From Octopus vulgaris (taxonomy: Eukaryota), in contig OX597816.1 in the NCBI GenBank assembly GCA_951406725.2, positions 150,722,001 through 150,786,000 of the forward strand: a stretch of 64,000 nt of DNA, given 5' to 3'. Both the position numbers and the translations under genes were made by a program. Every line of letters begins with the position of its first letter. Within the stretch, counting starts at the first letter, position 1. This document shows positions 27,174 through 37,888 of the stretch, one piece after another. Below the pieces are notes generated by a model. That model did no database searches, was not told the DNA's origin, and saw nothing but the letters and a program-made list of their open reading frames with translations.

Positions 27174-28376
27174 CACATATATATATAATGTGTGCATTAC
27201 GTAGTCGGTCGATTCAGCTGAAAATATGCACACCTATGTTAAAAGTGCTGGCAAGTTTGCATGATAACTATTTTTTTTCCTCAAATGAAAGGCGTCACCT
27301 CTAGGACAAAATTCCTCATCTTATAAAATGTGGCCCCAGTAGACCCGAATGAAATCGGGTTATATTAACCAAAATGTGAAAAGGGGTCTAAATGGGGCTG
27401 GAAGGGGATTAAAATTTCAAGGAGCGGGTTTTAGGAATTCTCTGTTACATCAAGCTAAAAAATTTGCGCCAGCCTTTTAATCGTCAATGTGTTGCTGTCC
27501 ATGATAAAGAAGTTTTGAATGCTTGCCATGGTGAGTCTACTGTCGTGAGAAAGAATCACTTCAAAACTTGGTGTTTACGAATTTTCTTTTACATCAAGTT
27601 CAAAATTTTACGCCAGCCGTTAAACTGTCAATACGTTGTTGTCCGTCGTTAAGAAATGCCAGCCATGGTGACTCTACTATCCTCAGATTCTATCCCTTCA
27701 AACTTTGGTTTCCAATATTTTATTATTTTTATTCAGCTCGCAAGTTCGTCTGTCCCTTTTAAATGTTAGCGTTTTGCTGTCTGCCTTGAAGCAGACCTTT
27801 CCGTTGCCACTGCCTGATATTTATGATTGATCTTTCTAAATATTTTATTTCTCAACTTACTCAAGATCTGTTGTTTATGAATGGGAGAGAGATAGATAAA
27901 GATAGAGAGTAAGAGAAAGTGAGGGAGAGTCCGAGAGAAAAGAAAAGTAAGAGAGTGGGAAAGTGAGAGAGAAAGGAGAGAGAAACAAAGACGGAGAATC
28001 ATCATCATCATCATCGTTTAACGTCCGTTTTCCGTGCTAGCACGGGTTGGACAATGTGACCGGGGTCTGGGAAGCCAGGAGGCTGCACCAGGCTCCAGTC
28101 TGATCTGGCAGTGTTTCTACAGGTGGATGACCTTCCTTACGCCAACCACTCCGTGAGTGTAGTGGGTGCTTTTTTCGTGCCGCCGGCACAGGTGCCAGGG
28201 GGGCTCGCAGCGGCAACGATCGGTTGGTGCTTTTTATGTGCCACCGGCACAGAAGCAAGTCAAGGCGGCGCTGCAATCAGCCACGTTCGGATGGTGCTTT
28301 TTACATGCTGAAAGGAAGCAACAGAAAGTAACAACCACACTCTTACCCGCGCGTAGAGCGGGTCACCTTCAGCTAG
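26294..28376 (+). mobile_element. Non-autonomous Helitron
   Basis: A|TCtatatataaaactg start; 3' hairpin acccgc-gcgtaga-gcgggt followed by CTAG|T. Confidence 0.8.
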
Positions 28377-28390
28377 TATATATATATATG

Positions 28391-28451
<61 letters not shown>

Positions 28452-29109
28452 CATCATAGTTGTTTAACATCTGCTTTCCATACTGGTATGGGCTGGATGG
28501 TTTGACTGAGGGCTGGCAAGCCTGAAGGCTGCACCAGGCTCCAATCTGATCTGGCAAAGTTTCTGCAGTTGAATGCTCTTCCTAACGCCAACCACTCCGA
28601 GAGTGTAGTGGGTGCTTTTTACATGCCACCGGCATGAGGACCAGTTGGGCAGTAGTGGCATCAACCATGCTTAAATGGTGCTTTTTATGTGTCACTGGCA
28701 ACGGAGCCAGCCAGGTGACACTGGCAACAACCACACTCAAATGGTGCTTTTGACGTGTCACCAGCATGCGTGCCAGTCAGACGGTACTGGCATTGGCAAT
28801 GATAATGACTTCACTTGACTTAACAGGTTTTTCCAAGCACAGTTTATTGCCCAATAATTGAAGAGTACTCTTCAATGGGCTGGTTATGCTGCACTGGCAT
28901 AAGCCACACTTACAGTCTCACTTGGCTTGCCAGGTATTCTCAAGTAATTTACCATCAGGACTCAAAGAGCATAGATGTGAGAGTCTCACATCTACACTCT
29001 TTGAGCCCTGATGATAAATAACTATGTGTACTTAACATATTGGGCTTCTAGACATTTTGTCTAAACCATGTTTTCTTCCACTTTGCTTATATTGTATGCT
29101 CTTGGTCTT

Positions 29110-29224
29110 CACTCTGATGAGTATTTGTTGCCTTAATTTGAATGCTCAATGAAGATGAAGAATTTTATTCTCGCATTTATGTATAGACTGCATTCTGGTA
29201 TTTTGATCAGAAACAGTTGTTAGA
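29110..29224 (+). ncRNA. Degenerate hammerhead motif, likely related to the 8165 motif
   Basis: CTGATGA at 29114 and GAAA-cagttg-TT-aga at 29210-29224 (compare GAAAcaactgTCaga). Stem II is decayed. Confidence 0.4.
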
Positions 29225-29329
29225 TTTGTAATGTGTTGCATTGTATCAATAAATATGCTTTAAAATGTGGTCCTACCGATGCACTGGTTAATCTATGTTT
29301 TTCTCCATTTTCTAATTGTGTGCACATTT

Positions 29330-30281
29330 TGCTACGTCAGAGGTTGGCAGCCAGACAAGTGGTCGAATCGAGCTGAAAATTGACACTGGCATAGAAGGTG
29401 CGATGAGGCAGAGAGTTGAGTAGGTTAAAACTCACCATCTAGAAAGACGTGGTTGCTATTGTGAGAAGAGTGATTTTCTATCTATTCAAAGGGCTCTAAG
29501 ACCCTCCAGATTGGCGCAATTGGCATCTAGTCTAATCTATAAAATGAAGAAGGCGAACGTTGATACAAATTGGATTTTTATGTAAAAGTGGTTGCTTTGG
29601 TGTGAAAACGGGGGTTTTATTGATTTTCGAGGACACTTGGAGGACTAGATTAGACAACTTTTGCTCGATTTCAATCAAATTTTCAACATGGTAAAGTGGA
29701 AGCGGATTTGTAATTTAAGCATGGAAAATGGGTTCAAAATTTTGAAAATTAAGGCAAGATTTTTGAAGTTGAAAAAATTTCTCATTTTTACATATTTTTG
29801 CCTTCTATTTTTTATTGTTTACAGTTTCCATTTTTTCTAAAAGAAATTTACCGCTGCATGTAGCCCATGTTTACAGCTTTCATGCATGGTCAATCATCAA
29901 AAAATTCCCAAAATAAGTTCTTAATTTAACAAAGAAATCTTTTTTTTCCTTATTTTTAATTGCTCAAATAGTGGCACATACAAAAGGCAAGTGTGCTTCT
30001 GTTGTCACTGCCTGATATTTATGATTGATCTTTCAAAATATTTTCTTTCTCAACTTACTCAAGATCTTTTGTTTTTTATAAATGGGAGAGAGATAGATAG
30101 AGAAAGATAGAAAGAGAAAGCGAGGGAGAGTACGAGAAAGGAAGAGTAAGAGAGTGGGAAAGTGAGAGAGAAAGGAGAGAGAAACAAAGAGGGAAAATGT
30201 GACGATAAGAAACAAAAAGGAAGCAACAGAAAGTAACAGCCACACCCTCATCCACGCGTAGAGTGGGTCACCTTAAGCTAG
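29330..30281 (+). mobile_element. Helitron 3' portion (3' end is a paralog of 27790-28376)
   Basis: Shared subterminal sequence; hairpin atccacgcgtagagtgggt followed by CTAG at 30278-30281. Confidence 0.7.
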
Positions 30282-31498
30282 TCTTATATATTAAAAGACA
30301 AGTTGTCTGTCTGTGTGTGTTGTATGAACCACTTCTACTCCTACAATTTTCAACCGAATTTCACCAAATTTGACAGGAGTGCTCTCTTTGACTTAGGACG
30401 CTTTTTCTTATAATTTTTTCCTCGAAATTCCATGCCTCCAACATAAATAGACTGCTCTCAATTCACCTAGGATTTGGCTTGAGCCAGAGAAAAAAACGTG
30501 ACACACACCTAGCTGGAAAAAATCAATACTTTACTTTGTCAGCCGTGGCGAGCTCTTATCAATTGCTTGCACAGTACTGCCAGCAGTATTCATTTGCAAG
30601 TTACGATTTGCTTCTGTTTTCACATGAGCGCTTTTTTACATATAATTATTCCAACTTAAACTAAGCACTTCAAAACTCTTATGCGAAATTAAAAATCCTT
30701 AATTCGGTCTCTTTGATTAACATTTTTGCCAACTACATTTTACTAATTTCTGGGTGCTACACATTCACTGCTTTTTCCTTAGGACTTTTTCTATTAAGTT
30801 GGAATAATTATATGTAAACTGATAATTTTCCACCATGCCATGACACAAAAGATCCAATATAGGTTGGCAAACAAATGCTGCAAAGAAAAGGAAACATACG
30901 CATGCTAATGAATCTACAGAGGATGCTGTCAGGAGGAACTCTCACAATGCACTTACGACGGCTTCAGTGCGAAGAAGGGAAAGTGAAGAGCAGCATTGTG
31001 ATCGGTTAGCACATATTGCTGCGCAATGAGCCACCCAGAGCAATGAGCAATATTCAGCACGCCGAACAAAAAATGCTTCCTCTACTGCTGCTGCATGAGC
31101 TTCAGAGACTGCAGCACAATGTGCAGATCAACTTACAAGAGATGCTTCCTTAACTGCTGTTGCACGAGCTGCAGAAACTGCAGCACAATATGCTGATCAA
31201 CTTATAAGAGATGCTGTAGAAACTGCTGCTGCGCATGCTACAGAGACTACAGGAGAAAGACAACAATGGATGTTGCTCTATGCAGCGAACAGGAAAACAT
31301 CAGGTAGCCATACCCTTGTCACCTTATTTATTTCATTAGTGTAATCTTCACAGTATGCTTTCCGTTAAGTGCCCCCAGTTGTGAGGTAGGCAACAGATAC
31401 TACACTTTTCATCTTTTTTTGTACAGGCCACACATCAAATTTTTTGTTCAGATAATGTTGTATGTGCAACCCAGCGAAACTGCAGGTAAATATACTAT
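30282..31498 (+). mobile_element. Non-autonomous Helitron retaining a decayed RepHel N-terminus
   Basis: TCttatatattaaaa start. From ATG 30835, MP*HKRSNIGWQTNAAKKRK followed by ~23-aa ET..Q..DQL.RDA repeats with stops. 3' acccagcgaaactgcaggt...ctat. Confidence 0.65.
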
Positions 31499-31654
31499 TT
31501 CTCTTTATTTCATATCTTTAGGCTCAACCTTTCCATCTGCTAAACAGCAGTTATGTGGTAAGGAAATAAAACTCAATTACTGCTGGTTTTTACAGATCGA
31601 CCTACTGTCCCAATAGAAAACAATGACAATGGTGTGGATATATGACTCTGCATG

Positions 31655-32232
31655 TTCATTATCATTCTGAAAGATTGCGTTTCCCTCCAGACACAGTTCC
31701 GCAATCATAGGATGAATTTGATCAGATAAAATGTTTAAACAGTCTTGACCATTAATTCTGCCAAGGGAAACCATTGGGCTGGTGGATTTCCAAGATATAG
31801 CACCCCACCCCCCAGATCATCCTACATGTTTAACAGTTGGAAGAAGGCAGTCTGGGTCAAATGATTCTTTTGGCTGTCTTCACACGCATACTCGGCCATT
31901 TTGGTTTTCTTCCAGAGTTTTGTTTTGATGAGGAGGTTTTTCCCTCTCTCAAAGGCTGTGCTTCTTGATACACCAAACATTTCGGCTGTTTTTGTCACGC
32001 TAGTGCCTGCTATATGAGCACCATCAATTTGACCTCTTTGAAAGTTTGATAGATCTGTCATTTTAATAACCTTTTTCTGATGATATCTGAAACGAAACAG
32101 CAATTTTAGCAAAATGTATTAAGCAACACTAATAATAAATAAAAAAGTATAAAAATAAACAATCTTTTGAAGGTTTTATTGATATTTCAAAATTATGATG
32201 ATAGGTGTTTCCATTATTTTGTCCAACCCCTG
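31655..32232 (-). mobile_element. Tc1 transposon 5' fragment
   Basis: TA|caggggttggacaaaataatggaaacacc TIR. Remnants MTDLSNFQRGQIDGAHIAGTSVTKTAEMFGVSRST and YLNIL-like/IFQNDN. Confidence 0.8.
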
Positions 32233-32460
32233 TATATATACATATATATACACACTCATATATATATACAACAAGCTTCTTTCAGTTTCCATGTACCAAA
32301 TTCACTCACAAGGCTTTGGTCGGCCCGAGGTTACAGTAGAAGACACCGACCCAAGGTGCCACGCAGTGGGACTGAACCCATATACATATATATATATATA
32401 CATACATATATATATATTCATACATATATACACATATATGTACATACACACACATATATA

Positions 32461-33300
32461 CAAATATTCTATAATTATAATCAAGGGTCAGCTAATTGCT
32501 TCACCACACACCAAATGTAGAAATAGGAGTTAAAATGTCTTTTCAACTACCATAAAGATCTCCCAGATAGTAACACGCTTTTTTTTTTTGTTGCTGTCTG
32601 GGAGATCTTTATGGTAGTAGAAAAGGCATTTTAATTCCTATTTCTTAATTCAGTGCATGGCAAAGCATTTAGCTGACCCCTGATTATAATTATAGAATAT
32701 TTGTATAATTTTACCTAAAAAGGTTATTTTAACGTACCGAACTACTTGGTAAAATTATTAATTAATTAATTAATTTTACCCTTTTATTATTATTGAAATA
32801 TAAGTTACTCCCTGATTGAAAACTGCAATTTCTGCGGGATTACTTGTAACATGCACATACGTGTTCACATTCGGCTGTATATTTTTGTAAGTGTTGGTTG
32901 AATATCAGTTATGAAATGATGCTTGATCATGTACATACTTAGTCCTGACACATTCAAATTTACATTTCGAAATGCTACACTGAAGATGAGAAATAATTAA
33001 ATAAATATAATTTTACTTTAGTCTCAAAATGCATATGTAGCTAATCTGAGTCATTATTTTTTTCTTTTTGCCTAAGTAAGAAAGTGTGTTACTGTCTGGG
33101 AGATCTTTATGGTAGTAGAAAAAGCATTTGAACTCTCATTTCTAAATTCGGTGCGTGGTGAAGCAATTAGCTGACCCCAGATTATAATTATGTTTATAAT
33201 TATAGAATATTTGCATAATTTTACCTAAAAAGGTTATTTTAATATATCGAACTACTTAGTAAAATTATTAATTAATTTTACCCTTTTATTATTATTGAAA
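32461..33300 (+). mobile_element. Non-coding element with direct and inverted terminal repeats and a hammerhead motif (Penelope/retrozyme-like)
   Basis: Repeat A is direct at ~32590-32800 and ~33086-33300, with an inverted partial copy at 32461-32576. Hammerhead-like motif at 32974-33041; flanked by (TA)/(CA)n. Confidence 0.6.
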
Positions 33301-33328
33301 TACACACACACACACATATATATATATA

Positions 33329-33834
33329 CTAGCAGTATCGCCCGGCGTTGCTCGGGTTTGTAAGGGAAATAACTATATAAGCATTTTTAGAGAGTTACTT
33401 CCCTTATAAATTCGGGCTTTCTTAGCCATTTTTGTTTTGATGTCTTAAAGCCATGAAGTCGTTGTTCTAAAAGAACGCTGGTTTCCTTAACAACGCATTA
33501 CGACGTTGATTTCTTTACACTCCCTTCCCCACAGCTTCACGAGGGAGGGAAGGGGGAGAAGCAAACAGGTGCAGCTGTGAGCGTGGACGCCAACTCCGCC
33601 GCCATCGACACACGATGCATTTTATGCATTAAAATGGAATAAAAAATTATGTTAAATTATTTTTAAAATCGTAGACTCATCGTTGACGCGCGCTAATAGT
33701 CAGACGGGCTCGATATGAATCACGACTATAAGATACCCGAATTTGGTTAAACTGCACCGCAAAATGTGGGAGGAGTTAGGAATCTAAATGGAAGGGGACA
33801 GACACTCACACAACTAGAGTTTTATATATATAGA
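33329..33834 (-). mobile_element. Short non-autonomous Helitron
   Basis: On the minus strand, A|TCtatatatataaa ... cccgagcaacgccggg hairpin ... CTAG|T. Confidence 0.85.
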
Positions 33835-34222
33835 TATATATAGGCACAGGCGTTGCTGTATGGTATGTAGCTTGCTTACCAACCACATGGTTCCGGTTCA
33901 GTCCCATTGCATGGCTACCCTTGGGCAAGTGTCTTCTACTATAGCCTCAGGCCGACCAAAGCCCTGTGAGTGAATTTAGCAAACAGAAACTGAAAGAAGC
34001 CCATCGTATATATATATGTGTGTATGCTAGTGTTGTCCCCTCACCATCGCCTGACAACTAATGGTGTGTATACGTCCCCATAACTTACCGGTTCGGTAAA
34101 AGGAACTGATAGAATAAGTATTAGGCTTACAAGAAATAAGTCCTGGGATCGATTTGTTTGACCAAAAACGGTGCTTCAGCATGGCCGCAGTCAAATGACT
34201 GAAACAAATAAGACTATATCAA

Positions 34223-35894
34223 TCTATATAATAAAAATGGATGTCCGTGTGTGTATATCTGTGTCCACCTATAAAAAAAAAACTACTGCGTCAATATAAA
34301 AACTAAAATGGTAGTGGTCCTGAGTCTCTAGCGGCCCTCCGAAGTGAGCTACCGGTCGTTTTCCAGCACGTACAAATTTGCATTTCAAAAATAAATGAAG
34401 GGTCTAAGGGAGATAATTATTATAGCATTAACATACACTACTTCCAAATTAATATTAAAGAAATGGTCTAAGGGACATAATCATTATAGGATTTCAAAAT
34501 ACGGTGTGACACTTTTCTGTAGGTATGCTGTGTGTGTAATATAACGCCACAGATAACACGTGTGTGGGAGTGTAGAACTGTAATAAGCTCCATTACCTCG
34601 TATCGCTATAAGTATTATTTTATTTTCGTTCTGTATTTATATTTGTTGAAGATCAGTTTTCTTTTTTCGCTGCTTACCTTCACAATAGAAACCGTAGATC
34701 ACTTTTATTTTATTCCCTGCTACTTTCAGAACAGAAACTGTAACTTTAGATTTAACTCCAACATTTTCCCTTTGTTTTACACATTCCACATCAGAATTTA
34801 TGAAGTCAGCTGTCATTCTCCTATCCTACTTTAGCATATTTGTACAACTTTTTATTTGAAACTATCCATTTTTCCTACACATAAGAAAAAATTCAGTGGG
34901 GCACTCTTCTGTAGGTATGCTATATGTGTAATGTAATGACACACACATAACGTGTCATGTGTGTGCATAACTGTAATAACCTCTATTACTTTATAATGCT
35001 ATAAGAAAAAGAGGAGCCGACGTTGAGGGTCGTCCAAGTATAAAATTATTTGACTCAACAATCGGAAAAGTTTCCTCTGTGCATCCCAGTCACTATGAAT
35101 GTTTCTTTTTGAGGTTGCTTCTTCATGAAATAAGAGTACCGACTTCCTTCTTCCTAATTGATGGTCAAACTGTTCATAATTATACAGAAGCATGTTTAGC
35201 CTTAAATTTCTTAGATGGCAATCAGTGGGATAGAACAATGGATTCAGTGTCATGCACACCTATTTCTTTCAGAGATCTTTTTGTAATTCTTCTCCTGAAT
35301 TGTGAAGTAAGTAATCCTTTAGTGTTGTGGCACAAATATAAGAATAATTTATCAGAAGACTACAAATGTCTAGCACAATTAAGATTCCCTGAGAGGAAAA
35401 TAGCATTCAATGATGACATATATCTCGCTACATTGGTTGATATTGAAGATTGCATTGTATTGACGAGAGGGAAGGAGCTCAGCAAGTTTGGCTTACCTGA
35501 AACTCATCGAAATGAGCTGAATAATTTGATCGGAGAGGTTTTGTGAGAAACTTCATATGATATTGATTCATTAACAAGATTCCTTGAAGAAAAAGACCTG
35601 AAACTTTCACCAGACCAACAACTTGCATATACAACAATCATTGAACAAGTGACACATAAAAGAAGATTATATTTTTTAGATGTGGAGGCACATGGCCTAG
35701 TGGTTAGAGCAGCTGACTCACAGTCAAGGGATTGCAGGTTCAAATCTCAGACTGGGCGATGTGTGTTTATGAACAAATTTGTCCTGATCAAAAGGCCTGT
35801 CGGGGGAAGGCATGGTCTGATATGGAATAAACAAAAATTTATATAAGACATTCTATTGTAAAAATTGCCCAGCAACGACAGGCTATTCATCTAT
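34223..35894 (+). mobile_element. Helitron with RepHel internal remnant, interrupted by a tRNA-SINE head at ~35683
   Basis: A|TCtatataataaaa start. VHPSHYECFFLRLLL, RDLFVILLLNCEVSNPLVLW...LSED and LSPDQQLAY...LYFLD remnants. 3' gcccagcaacgacaggc...ctat. Confidence 0.8.
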
Positions 35895-36821
35895 GAAAGA
35901 CGTTATAGTTTTATTGTTTCAGTATATTGGTAAAATTTTGATAAATCGTAATATGGTGACTTGAAAGCAAATATAAAAAACACTACCTTTCACTTGTTAG
36001 TTTTACATTTGCTGTTGGACATATTGTAAAAGTTTTGACTGAGCATACGATCGTTAATTAAGTCATAGGTAAAGTTAAAGAACAAAGTATTAAAAAAAAA
36101 AAAACGATGTTTCCCTCCTGCTGTCTCTCACATTCAGTTGAAAAAAACCGCATTATTTATGGGATGACCCAATATGCACACACAAACATACACAAACACA
36201 GCACAAGCTCAAATGTTTAATCATTGTACTTTTACAATTGTAAGTACATTCTGTTAAAGAATAGATTTGAGTAAAATTATGTATAATGATTAGTAAAGAA
36301 AAATAATAACTTCTTAAAGTCATTTCTATAACAGAAAAACTTTTCACCTTTGTCAAATAAGAGTAAAAACCAATAAAAATGAAAAGTTCTAAACATAAAA
36401 ACTATCAGTTCTAAATGAAGAGAACAAATAAACAAAGTAGAACTGGAAATAGAATAATTTCAACTGAGAATCAAAACCAAGTGTTGAGCAATATTTAATT
36501 TTAAATAATAGTTTTAAATTTTGGCAGAAGGCCTGAATTTATTTTAAATATTGAATGCCAAAATTACCATAATAAGCTTTGTTCTCAAACACAAAAATCA
36601 GTTTAAAAATGAGCATATTTAAATAGTCAGATTTCCGGAAGTGCCAGAAACTTTAAAGGATGGGAAAAAAAAAAATGGACATAACTAAGCAGGGAAATAA
36701 CAAAGGAAATATTAAACATTTTTATTTAAATAATATGAGACCATAACCCTTGGCCTATACCAGTGGTGTAACCAGCCCACTAATGCGTACCTTTCCTTCA
36801 TTGGACACTTCAGCTTAAATC

Positions 36822-37056
36822 TTGGACTTTTCAGTGTCAGGCCTGCGTGCCTCCACAACCGACGATTGTGTCTCCCCCTGCCACTCCCGTGGAGGAGGCG
36901 GAACAGCAACAGCAGCAACAACAAAATCAACCACAACTAGAGCAGCAGCAGCAACAACAACAACAGCAGCAACAACAAAATCAACCACAACTAGAGCAGC
37001 AGCAACAACAACAACAACAGCAGCAACAACAAAATCAACCACAACCAGAGCAGCAG

Positions 37057-37089
<33 letters not shown>

Positions 37090-37169
37090 AATCAACCACA
37101 ACCAGAGCAGCAGCAGCAACAAACGACAGCAGCAATAATAACAACAGCAGCAACAACAAAATCAATACA

Positions 37170-37200
<31 letters not shown>

Positions 37201-37888
37201 GCTACAACAAAATCAACCACAAGCAGCAACAGCAACAACAACAGACCAGTGCGGTTCTTGCAGAACTGCAACAATCGATCTGTGCTTTAAGAGGGGAAGT
37301 TGCAGGAATAAAAGCAAGCATTCAGGTTGGACTCCACAATGAAGGGTCTTATTGGAATGCTCTGCTAAAGAACCTCCCTGTACCTGTACCTGCCTTGCCG
37401 CATCTAAGACCACGGATTCTGCTACCCGTGAAGTTATTGTCATTGGGGTGCCAGAAGACATGGCTGATCTTCAGGCATTTGCTGCCAACTCAGCCAAAGA
37501 CCTAGGCTGCGTTCCCCCAACAGGTGCTCTCCGCCTTGGACGACCTGGCCCAAAACCCAGGCTCATCAAGCTGTCTTTTCCAGACCACGCTGAGGCAACC
37601 GCATACCATCTGGCCTCAGTTAAAGCTGGGCGTGAAAATCGGACGACCCTCCGAACACGCCCAGGCTTACCATCCGATGTATGTCCGAAGCTACGTGTAG
37701 CGGCTTCCCTGAACCGGAACTCAGCTCTACAGGAAAGCTTCAGTCTTCGTGAAGATGGACAAATATGGAGATTTGTTAAGACGGGTGAAACGTGGAAGAG
37801 AGATAACAGCTGGTCTGAGTGCTCTCTACCCACAATGACTGACACTGAAAAAAAAACTAAAAAAACTACAGCAACTCAGGGAAACTAA
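36822..37888 (+). pseudogene. LINE ORF1 (one frameshift near 37400; start not seen)
   Basis: ORF 36822 (repeat plus coiled coil) joins ORF 37352 (CR1/L2 ORF1-like C-terminal motifs), ending QGN*. Confidence 0.75.

Noticed and set aside
35683-35770. tRNA gene
   Set aside because: tRNA-like A/B boxes are present, but there is no closing acceptor stem and it runs into SINE body sequence. It is a SINE head interrupting a Helitron.
36815-37290. Poly-Gln and poly-Val/Ala ORFs
   Set aside because: Alternative frames and the opposite strand of the LINE ORF1 triplet repeat.
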